62,021 bases of DNA from a virus (taxonomy: Duplodnaviria > Caudoviricetes). Below are positions 1 to 8,700 of this stretch, one piece after another. Location: positions 1 to 62,021 of IMG/VR virus record IMGVR_UViG_3300031472_000001, one strand, 5' to 3'. How positions within the stretch are numbered: the first letter of the stretch is position 1; the number at the start of each line of letters is the position of its first letter. Under the pieces are notes generated by a model, which was not told the DNA's origin, did no database searches, and saw only the letters and a program-made list of their open reading frames with translations. The position numbers and the translations under genes are program-made.

Positions 1-402
1 ACGCTGTGAAAGGAGCAAAAGCGATTTAAGGAAGAGTTTCTTCCTCTTTTCGTCGCTCTCGTCGTCAAAAACCTTTGTCTGAGACGAACCTTTCAGTCAA
101 TTCGGCAAAGCTTCTTGGCAAAGCACAATATCGCAATGAAGGACTCGGTGAGCAAGGATAGCGAAAGTGAGCAAGCAGGAGCGGATCGCCGCTCACGTCG
201 CGTAGTTGTCTCGTTGGCGTCCCCTGTCATGCTTCCTTCATCTTTGAAAGGAAACCCCCATGTCCCACTATGATTGAAGACGAGCAGTAGCGCGTCCGTG
301 ACAACAAGAAGCGGCTGGTACTCGATGGTACCAGTCGCTCTTTGTGGTGCTGAACACGTCTCCGCGTTCGTTGCTCCGTGTACACGTGGCACATGAGCTA
401 TA

Positions 403-463
403 CAGCACGTAGAGGACTTGAACCTCTCATCACTGCGTCCAGTGAGCCACCGTAGACATGCTG
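403..463 (-). ncRNA. tRNA-like element without D-stem
   Basis: The minus strand folds to an acceptor-like stem CAGCATGT/ACGTGCTG, a T-arm AGAGG-TTCAAGT-CCTCT and a stem TCACTG-GACG-CAGTGA. No normal anticodon loop and no CCA. Confidence 0.45.
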
Positions 464-525
464 AGCATCTTTTTAGAGTTGAGTGCCACCAACTGATGCA
501 AGTATAATACGCCACCTCATGCTTG

Positions 526-945
526 TCAATTCTTCCGCGCTCGTTTCGCTGCCACCAGCTCTCTCACCTCTTGCAAGATCGCATGTGACTCACTGAGCAT
601 ACGCTGGTGTTCGTCTTGTGCCGTGTTCTGATTGGCAAGGATCGTCAACATCTCGCACTGCTCCTGCTCCTCTTTGATATTGAGTTCGTGATCCGCTTCC
701 ATGCGTATGTGGTCTCGTGCCGTTTGCTTATTTTGCGATATCAGTACAAGGTTGCTCATGTAAATGGCCTGCAAGCTGAGGATCAACACGAAAAAGATAA
801 AGGGATACGGGTCGTAGTGCATCCACTGCGGCGCAACTGTGTTGACGAGTATCCACCCAGCATCAAAAATGATATTGGTGAGCAGAAACCAGATTGAGCC
901 ACAGAAGGCAACAATAGCGTCAATGATTTTATGCAGCATCAGCAT
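526..945 (-). CDS. DUF1003-like membrane protein
   Basis: Two TM segments with D..AF.GS..F, DPYPFIF..L.LSLQA and LISQNKQ..RD motifs. Start moved to the ATG after an RBS. Confidence 0.8.
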   Translation of the reverse strand: MLMLHKIIDAIVAFCGSIWFLLTNIIFDAGWILVNTVAPQWMHYDPYPFIFFVLILSLQAIYMSNLVLISQNKQTARDHIRMEADHELNIKEEQEQCEMLTILANQNTAQDEHQRMLSESHAILQEVRELVAAKRARKN

Positions 946-1669
946 TGTCCTCTTTGAACGAACGATAGAACGCCACATCCTCCGGTGCGAGATACTGCTC
1001 TAATGCGGCTCGCTTCCATCCACTATAGTCGAGTTCATCGCTCACGTTGCCACCATGTCGCACACAGATGTAGCTCTCCGGTGACACGATTTGTTGTACT
1101 CTCGCACCACGCGCTACGAGACCATGCAGGAACGCCACGTCTTCACCTCGGCTCACATTCGGATAGCACAGACCATCACGCCAATAGGACGCCTTGTACA
1201 TGAGCGTGCCACTTCGCACATCGTGAGCGAATAAGGCTTTGTGAGCAGCTTCTGGACACTGATAGAGAGTGCCACTGGACAGGTCTAACGTGTGCGACAT
1301 GCGAAACGCTGTTACCTCAGCATCACCTCGTAAGATTGGCTCAACCTGTTTCGAGAGACGCTGTGAGCCAAAGATATCGTCGTCATCCCACAGTGCGATG
1401 ATGGAGCCACGCGCTAATGAACAAGCGAGATTACGTTTGGCTCCGAGCGTGAGTGTCGCGTCACAGAGTAGCCTATCTATATAAAGGTATTCGATGCCGC
1501 GCTGGTCAGGTACAAGCTCGCTCAGGTTCTCATGAATAGTGCCATCGTCAACGATTATCAACTCTCTGTTTTCATAACTTTGTTGCTGAAACATGCGTAT
1601 AGCGCGTGGTACAAAGTCGCGCCGCGCTGAGGTTGTGGGACATATACATGAGATTTTAGGGTAATTCAT
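929..1669 (-). CDS. family 2 glycosyltransferase
   Basis: ISCICPT, ELIIVDDG, GAKRN, DDDD (DxD) and GED motifs. Confidence 0.9.
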   Translation of the reverse strand: MNYPKISCICPTTSARRDFVPRAIRMFQQQSYENRELIIVDDGTIHENLSELVPDQRGIEYLYIDRLLCDATLTLGAKRNLACSLARGSIIALWDDDDIFGSQRLSKQVEPILRGDAEVTAFRMSHTLDLSSGTLYQCPEAAHKALFAHDVRSGTLMYKASYWRDGLCYPNVSRGEDVAFLHGLVARGARVQQIVSPESYICVRHGGNVSDELDYSGWKRAALEQYLAPEDVAFYRSFKEDNADAA

Positions 1670-2503
1670 TTACTCACGTCCCTCCCACAAGGTATTTCTG
1701 TTTCTCTCTTGTTTCTCTCTTGCCTGCCTCTCTTTTTGCGCTTTGCTTATGTTGAGCCGGTGTTCTGGAGTAAATATCTTTCTCTTTGCCGCCTCAGACA
1801 TGTGAAGTCTAGTGGTTTCACTGACAGGTCTATTACCTCTGAGAGGGTCATTTAGCTTTTCTAATCTGTATTTCTCTCTTCTTAAGGCTAGTGACCTCTG
1901 ATGAGAAACTTCCTTTTGTTCGGGGGTAGTTCTTTGGGGACGTTTCCAGCTTCTGCTTCCTTGCCCAATTTTAGCATTATGTTCAGGGGTATGCTTTTGT
2001 CCGAGGCTGGCTTGTCTCAACCTCTCTCGATGCTCTTCCGAAAAGATTCTTTCCTTCCCTGTTCGGGCTATACTCATTTTTGCGCGTGTTGCAAGAGAGG
2101 CTTTTTTCCCTTTCATCGGATTAGAAGTTAATTGTCTTTGTCTAATCTTCTCGCGGGTTTCATCGGTGAAAATTATTATCGTAGGTCCATTGCCTCCATT
2201 TGTGCCATTAACAAGAGAGGTGTCGAGTTTTCGATAGTAAGTTATCCAGTAAATTTCTCTTTCTTGCCAACATGATATAGAAACCATTTCAAGGATGATT
2301 AGTTCTGGAATAAAACCTTCTTCTTTGAGGCTTTTTATCCATCGAGTTTTGGGCGTATTCCCACGATCTCCTAAGTGAGAAGTCAAACGGTGCTGAGGGT
2401 TATTGGATTTACCTATATATCGAATTTGCATTGTGAAAGGATCAACTAATGCATAGATGAAGGTGGTCTTGCCATTTTCGGCATGAGGTGGTACGTTATC
2501 CAT
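1670..2503 (-). CDS. GIY-YIG homing endonuclease with NUMOD3-like repeats
   Basis: FIYAL...RYIGKS..R...H, E..WI and NGTNGG motifs, then repeated H(T/S)EE.R.K(I/M)S-type motifs. RBS GAGGAG before the ATG at 2503. Confidence 0.88.
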   Translation of the reverse strand: MDNVPPHAENGKTTFIYALVDPFTMQIRYIGKSNNPQHRLTSHLGDRGNTPKTRWIKSLKEEGFIPELIILEMVSISCWQEREIYWITYYRKLDTSLVNGTNGGNGPTIIIFTDETREKIRQRQLTSNPMKGKKASLATRAKMSIARTGKERIFSEEHRERLRQASLGQKHTPEHNAKIGQGSRSWKRPQRTTPEQKEVSHQRSLALRREKYRLEKLNDPLRGNRPVSETTRLHMSEAAKRKIFTPEHRLNISKAQKERQAREKQERNRNTLWEGRE

Positions 2504-2581
2504 AGTGAATTCTCCTCGAAAGAATTTACTCGCACGGATGGATGTTATCAGCATCGCATCCGTCAACAATTTTCTGTCCAC

Positions 2582-2610
2582 ATTATACCACGAAACCGCT
2601 CTACAAGCAA
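2582..2610 (-). promoter_or_regulatory. sigma70-type promoter for the GIY-YIG gene
   Basis: TTGCTT-17-TATAAT with extended -10 TG. Confidence 0.7.
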
Positions 2611-2642
2611 CTCCGCACCTGTCTATTGGTAATTCTGTCATG

Positions 2643-2876
2643 TTACATCCAAATCATGTCATTTCTGTTAATTGAGAACGGATAGGCCGCATACATCCGC
2701 TCGTTGGTGTCGTAGCACGCGCAGCAACGGTGTTCATCGTGCATGTGTGGGATATCCACAATCTTTCCACATTGCCGACAATAGGTACTGAGTGCTTCTT
2801 TGTTGAGTACCGCAAAACAGACGATGAGCGCACCGGGGAACACAAAGAGCGCAAGATACAGCACTATCCAGATCAT
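2643..2876 (-). CDS. small membrane protein with Cys cluster
   Basis: N-terminal TM helix, CxxC...CxxC, RBS present. Confidence 0.6.
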   Translation of the reverse strand: MIWIVLYLALFVFPGALIVCFAVLNKEALSTYCRQCGKIVDIPHMHDEHRCCACYDTNERMYAAYPFSINRNDMIWM

Positions 2877-2879
2877 GGC

Positions 2880-3101
2880 TTATGCCTCCACGTCTCGCAC
2901 GACATGCCACTGTAAATCGTTCGGGTCGCCAGCGAGCGTGCAGGCCACGCTTGCTGCTGGTCCGCACTTCGCACACCACATCAGCGCGGTATGCATCTGC
3001 GACACGGTGGCACGCCAGGTATGCTCATGCGGTGGCTGTACCGCTTGTACTGGTTGCTCTTGCGGCTCAATGCCTTCGCGGATGGGCGTAATCTCGCTCA
3101 T
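2880..3101 (-). CDS. hypothetical protein
   Basis: ATGA overlap with the upstream gene; H.H.W...C..CG. Confidence 0.6.
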   Translation of the reverse strand: MSEITPIREGIEPQEQPVQAVQPPHEHTWRATVSQMHTALMWCAKCGPAASVACTLAGDPNDLQWHVVRDVEA

Positions 3102-3811
3102 AATGTCGCCTTTCTCGCACTTGCGACCTGTACGGCAGTCAAGGTGTCGTCACTGAGTGGATTACTGCCTGTGAAGTCAGCAAGTGGATTGGCGACGGTT
3201 GCAGGTGCCGTCACTGGCATGCTTGCGGTGTTCATGAGAGCCACGTCAGGCGGTGCTTGTGGCGTTGGTGTAGTCTGTTGAGCAGGTGCCACGTCCTGAG
3301 TAGGTTGTACGACTGATGCAACCATAGGTGCTACAGGCGTGATGTTCACGTTGATAGGTTGTGGTACTGGCATCTGGATAGGCTGCACTGGTACCTGTTG
3401 TGCGACGGCCTTTAGCACGCTGTCTGTGACCTGCTGTGCCACCTGCTGAGCCGCATTGTGCGATGTTGCGGCTTGCTGCTGGCTTATCTGCGTGAGCGCG
3501 GCCTGTACGTCTGGTTGTGAAGACAGACGCGCTTCCAACTGTGCAACCTTTTGTGTGAGTTGTGCTGATGTATCGTCTTTGGCTTGCAATACTTCTTTGA
3601 TATGGCTGGGTATGTACTGCTTCAAAGCGTTGCCATACGCGAAGGCGAAGGTTGCGACAACGAGAGAGACAAGTACGCCGAGATTGACCTTGCCGTTCTG
3701 TGCGACATACTGGAAACCCGCGTTGATCGCTCCGATAGCCGCCGCGATAGCCGTGCTAAAAACGAATTGCAGAATGAGATTTTGTGATTGTGTTGGTTTG
3801 AATTGCATCAT
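3098..3811 (-). CDS. holin-like 2-TM protein with coiled coil and Gln/Pro-rich tail
   Basis: Two N-terminal TM helices; translationally coupled to the endolysin. Confidence 0.6.
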   Translation of the reverse strand: MMQFKPTQSQNLILQFVFSTAIAAAIGAINAGFQYVAQNGKVNLGVLVSLVVATFAFAYGNALKQYIPSHIKEVLQAKDDTSAQLTQKVAQLEARLSSQPDVQAALTQISQQQAATSHNAAQQVAQQVTDSVLKAVAQQVPVQPIQMPVPQPINVNITPVAPMVASVVQPTQDVAPAQQTTPTPQAPPDVALMNTASMPVTAPATVANPLADFTGSNPLSDDTLTAVQVASARKATL

Positions 3812-4833
3812 GATAGTTTTGCTAGCTCCTCAATCTGTGCTAAACGAGCTTTGGCCTGTGCAAGCTCGTCCTGTCCTTGTGTGTTAGGTTGTGCATTGAC
3901 CTTCGCCGTGAGTGCCGCTATCTCATCTTGCAATGGCTTGACGAGAGATTGTGCGATGACTTTTTGGCCTGGGCCGCTATCAATGTGCATCAGGTAGCAG
4001 GGTTCATCCGTTGGTGGCTTATCAATGGCGCGATTACCGTTTTTGTCTTTTGGGTCCCAGACAAGAATGCACCCTTCGGTGACGACACAGACAACCCCCG
4101 GATGTCCTTGCGCTGGCATTTCGCCCGTTTTGATGAGTCGGAAGACCGCAACGCCGCCATATTTCATGTAGTAATTGGCGATTCCGCTTCCCATGACGAA
4201 ATTTGTGCCTTTGAGTTGCAATCCGCCGCTCGCTGTTGGTTGGTAGTAGCGGGTAATTTCAGGGCTATCTTTGGTGAGTAAGGCCATATCTACCTCCTGT
4301 GGATGTAACTTTTCGAGTATCCAAATGACAGGACTGCGTAACCGTCCTCTCCAATCGGCGTCAGAGTAGGTGAGCGGTTGCGCGATGTACGGGTCAAGGC
4401 ACGTAAGGCTACTGGCATCGTCCTTGTACCAGACACACACATGGCTCCACATATCGCGATACTGAGCAGGCGCATAGTCGTCTTGTTGTGTGAAGACGAC
4501 AGGGCAATTCATCTCGATATAATGATGTGCTTTGTTGACAGCATCAGGGATAGAAGAGCACTCGACTGGATAAAGTTTGATGCCACGTTTTGCACACCAT
4601 GTCACGAATGCCGATGCTGAGGTACCCTGATTAGCCCAACCTTCCCCGTAGGCAAGGTCTTTCATCGAATCAGGTGAATATTCCGCGTTCATCTGCTTTA
4701 TCCCAAGCAGCCACATAACGCCTGCTAGGATGGATGTTGGCACGCATAAAAACTGCGCGTCTTCACTAGGACGACTATCACCTGTAATAGTTGTGAGCTG
4801 GGATAGCATGGGGAAGTTTAATAATTCAGCGAT
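3808..4833 (-). CDS. endolysin, papain-like/C39-type cysteine peptidase plus putative wall-binding domain
   Basis: P..SQ..C.PTS...H....DP pattern; C-terminal YY..YGG..F...T.E repeat and coiled coil; lies after the tail genes among TM proteins. Start may be ATC 4833 or ATG 4809. Confidence 0.7.
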   Translation of the reverse strand: MAELLNFPMLSQLTTITGDSRPSEDAQFLCVPTSILAGVMWLLGIKQMNAEYSPDSMKDLAYGEGWANQGTSASAFVTWCAKRGIKLYPVECSSIPDAVNKAHHYIEMNCPVVFTQQDDYAPAQYRDMWSHVCVWYKDDASSLTCLDPYIAQPLTYSDADWRGRLRSPVIWILEKLHPQEVDMALLTKDSPEITRYYQPTASGGLQLKGTNFVMGSGIANYYMKYGGVAVFRLIKTGEMPAQGHPGVVCVVTEGCILVWDPKDKNGNRAIDKPPTDEPCYLMHIDSGPGQKVIAQSLVKPLQDEIAALTAKVNAQPNTQGQDELAQAKARLAQIEELAKLS

Positions 4834-4891
4834 ACATCACCTCCGTTCCAATGGTTGTTACACAGGATTGCTTGCGCTGCACTGTCTATGG

Positions 4892-5278
4892 TCATGGTTG
4901 CTCCTTTTTGATTTGCTGTTTCCTCGGTAGCACGGCAGGTATCGGTTGTATGGGCGTGGCGCGTCGTCTCAGATTACTTCTCGCGCCCTGCCGATCAACA
5001 ACGGTCACCATGTCGCCGTCGATGGTGATTTTGTAGCCTTCCTTGTCGAGTGCCGTCACAATCGTCTCTTGTACATGGTTGAGTTCGATATTCTTCTTTT
5101 CCAGGTCGGCTATTCTGTCTTTCATCAACGCCATCTCGGTTTGCAGTGCGTTGATCACCCTGTCCTGCGCCTCGCCTGATGCTTTTGAGTAGCCCTGTTT
5201 CATCGCAAACAATCCTCCCACAACGACGCACATTCCAAGAATGATTGAGACGACTGGCAGAAACGCGAAGATGTTCAT
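4892..5278 (-). CDS. TM plus coiled-coil protein (holin-like or lysis accessory)
   Basis: N-terminal TM, heptad region; directly upstream of the endolysin. Confidence 0.65.
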   Translation of the reverse strand: MNIFAFLPVVSIILGMCVVVGGLFAMKQGYSKASGEAQDRVINALQTEMALMKDRIADLEKKNIELNHVQETIVTALDKEGYKITIDGDMVTVVDRQGARSNLRRRATPIQPIPAVLPRKQQIKKEQP

Positions 5279-5679
5279 GCATCCTCCGTGTCAGGACGTG
5301 CCAGGAGCCGCGCCGCCTCCGCTGACACGTCTGTCGCGTCCGATGCATCTGCCAACACATCTGCGGCCTCTGTTGCTTTTCTCGCGCTCTCGAGTAACGC
5401 CTCCTGGAGTTGTTGTGTGCGAGCCGTGCCATCGCTCTCCCGCTCTGAGGCGGCCAAGACGCGTGCCGCCTCGACCGCCGCCGCCGCGACCTGCGCCGCC
5501 GCCTCGACCGCGGCCTCTGCCGCTCTGGTTGCGGACGCGGCAGAGGTGAGGGCAACGTTCGTCAACGCGGCGTCTTTCTGCTCTGCACGCCGTGCGCCAT
5601 TGCGCCAGATACGCCAGAGCAGCGCAATGGCGAGAAACATCCAGATGAGATAGACAATGGTTAAAATGGTTTGTGTCAC
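5275..5679 (-). CDS. TM plus Ala-rich coiled-coil protein
   Basis: RBS AAAGGAG, GTG start, N-terminal TM helix. Confidence 0.65.
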   Translation of the reverse strand: MTQTILTIVYLIWMFLAIALLWRIWRNGARRAEQKDAALTNVALTSAASATRAAEAAVEAAAQVAAAAVEAARVLAASERESDGTARTQQLQEALLESARKATEAADVLADASDATDVSAEAARLLARPDTEDA

Positions 5680-5709
5680 GATGTGTGTCTCCTTTCTACA
5701 ATTGCGAGA

Positions 5710-8700
5710 TTACTGTTTTAAGTACAGTCTCGACCAGTCTCCAAGTTCAGGGCCGCTGACTGCATCAATCGCCATAGTTGGCTGATAACCGCTATACTCC
5801 TGGGCGATCTTCATTTTCACGGATCGGATTAAGAATTGCGTCCCGTAACAGCCAAATTGCGGCAAGTAGACGGTCAACAATTGCCCTGGCTGTAGCCCGA
5901 TGCGCCGTGTGCTTGCCTGTAACTCTTGCCCAAAGACGCCGTATTGTGCGACCTGACTCTGTGCATAGGCCAGTCCCGTCGCATAGGCCATGCCCTTGCC
6001 ATCCGTTGTCTTCTCGACAATGCCGCTACTGGCTTCCAGGGCCGCGAGTGCCGACTGAGCAGGTAGGTTATCGGCCACCGCGTCGGTGAGATATTGCCCT
6101 GTGCCGAAAAAGGTGATAATCGTGGTGTTGTCGTAGATTGGCTGTGCAGGGTCTTGCGTGATCGTGGGGTCGCCAACGGCATAGTAAAACTGCTTACCCG
6201 TGTCTACGCCTTTGATGCCAACAACCGCCAGAACACCATTGACGGTGATGGTTGGTGCCTGTGACCACTGATAGCTGAATGTCCAGGACTGCGTGAAGCT
6301 ATCGCCAATGCGACTCTCGTTGATCGGCGTGGTTTGCAGCACGTTCTGCACGATGTGGCGATTGTGATACAGGTCTGACTGATTGGTCATGGTGATATTG
6401 GCGTACAGGAAATCGCCCGGATTGTCTGACGCGATCCAGGGCGCGAGCACGGCGGTACGTGGCAGAAATGAGACGCGCTTCGCCTTATCGACATACCACC
6501 AATAATTCGAGCGTTTCGCGAGATCGTCGATATTGGTTGAGATGTAGTTGCCCGCGTAAGCGGTCTGCGGGATGAGCGCGCCAACGCCGATGCTACTGCC
6601 AAAGGCGGCAAGCGTCGTATTGAGGACCTGTGGCGACACCGTTGGGTCACTCGTTGCCAGTCGCAGTCGCATTTGCAGCGTATGCGTGTAGGCATTGTCG
6701 CCAAGTGGCTGCAGATACAACTGATACGTGCGAGACGTGCCACCGTCGCTCCGTAGGCCACATTTGCCTGTAAACAAGGACAGGCCATCGCTGTAATTCC
6801 ACAAGGTCACGCCATCCATGACCGTCGTGATGGTGTTGCCTGCCATCGTGGTGACAAAGCGGTGCTTTTCCAGTCGATTAAAGATAATCGGCACGCTCAA
6901 GAGTTGTGTGCGTACCCCACTCTTGACGCTAAAGAGCGCAATGGTATCGGGTGCGCCGCCGCCAATGGCCGCGCCGTCCTGTACGACGCACTCATAGAAG
7001 CTGTTCGCGCTGGTGTAGTGCCAGACCCATCCACCCGTATCGCTCTCGTCCATATCGACGGTCATGGAGACATCCCCACACGTGACGAGGTTGTTGATGT
7101 AAAGAGCCTTACTGCCTCCTGATGCCACAATCCTATCGTTGGTCGAGTCGCCTGCCCAGGTCGCTACTGAGCCGCCTGTCCGAAACGTAGACGTGTAGTT
7201 GGTGTGGCTATCCGTGTTGAACTGGTCAATCGTTGCCAGTGGCTGGCCGGAGAGTCCGGGCACCGTGCCGCCATTGTTCGCGGTGACATCAGACCACGCG
7301 CCGCCATCGACACGGGTATCGACACCCAACGATGTACCCGTCGGTAACAGTGCATTCCACGCGGCCAACGTTGAGCCAATGCGTCCCAAATTTCCAAGTG
7401 ACAGCACGGGACCGATGCGATTGCCAGTGGCATTGATCTGGTTGGTCGCCCAGACGGTGACACCATGCACCGTTGGCGTGAGGTAGACCGTGCCATCGCG
7501 TCCAGTCACCGCGCTTGCACCAGCGTTGGCACTGGTGAGCGTTGTGCGTAGGTACAATTGCGTGTTGCTATTGCCGGTCCCTGCTGTGAGGCCAGGAATC
7601 GGCGAGCCATTCGTGCAGGCCTGCCATGTGGCATTGTCGAAACTTGACTCAACTACCACCATGCCGTTGGGCGCACTATCGCTATCCCATTGCACTAGTG
7701 AATTACCGATGGTGGCAAGGGCACTCATTGAGAGTGGGCCGACGAGATGCGAGCCTGTGAGTGTACTCATCACGCCAAAGTTGTCGAAGAATGCGGTATA
7801 CGTGCCGGGTGTGACGGAATCGCTATTGAGGAAGCGCAGGCCAAACTTGCCAGCCGCTGTGTAGGTACTATCGGTCACATTGAAGTACAGCACATCATTG
7901 ACGTAGATGCGATGGTTGGAGCCATTCACCACGACTTTGAGACGCACCTTGAGAGCTGTACCAGAAAGATAGATCGCGACACTGTCGAGTGGAGAGTACG
8001 TTTGGCTCGTACTCGCGCCGTTATTCGCGCCATAGCCAAAGAGCAGGCTGGTCGGGTTGATGTCAACGGCATACGCGCCGCTATTGTTGCCTGATCCCTG
8101 ATTGGTGGTCCGGTAGCTAAAACTCGCGTTCCCATGTGAGGAGACCGCCATATCGATCTCTACTGTGAAGTTCTGCCAGTTGCCAGGGAAATCGAGTTGA
8201 GACACGCCGACGTTGCCATTGCCCGTGACGGTGACGGTGCCCTGCCTGGCAATCGTGCCATGACCACCCACACCATAGAACGTCTGTCCTGTGGTGAGCG
8301 CGTCGTCCCACGTGCGCCATACACCAGAGAGCGACATCTGATTCGCGCGACTGACCTGGATATTGGTATTGGTGCCTCCGCTAAAGTCCGCGCTACTCTG
8401 CTCAATGTGCAAAAAGTCTGTTTTCGTGGCGTTATACGAGGGTTGCACACTCCATACCTGTGAAGTCAGTATGGGTGTCACTTCCGGGGACGGTCCGATA
8501 CTGCTCATGCGTTGCCGCGTGAGGATCGTAAAGCCTGTGGCATTGGCCCCGGCCAGAAGATTGGGGAATGGCTGCGAACGCGTCGCCGATGTCCAAGACG
8601 CGCCACTATCGGTTGATATCTCATTGATAAAGCTGGTCCCTGTGGGCGTGGTTGCTTGCCACGAGATCAAGGACGATTTGACGATACCAACGCTGCTGAT

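Noticed and set aside
22-34. CGATTTAAGGAAG near the start versus CGATTTAGGAAG near the end as a terminal repeat or att site
   Set aside because: Short and imperfect, with no flanking similarity.
93-515. 140-aa minus-strand ORF
   Set aside because: No motifs and atypical composition; it overlaps structured-RNA-like hairpins. Uncertain, so not called.
4844-4853. 10-nt complementarity between sRNA 2 (CGTTCCAATG) and the endolysin leader next to its RBS
   Set aside because: Too short to exceed chance convincingly, and partly sequestered in the sRNA stem. Kept only as a hypothesis for target prediction.
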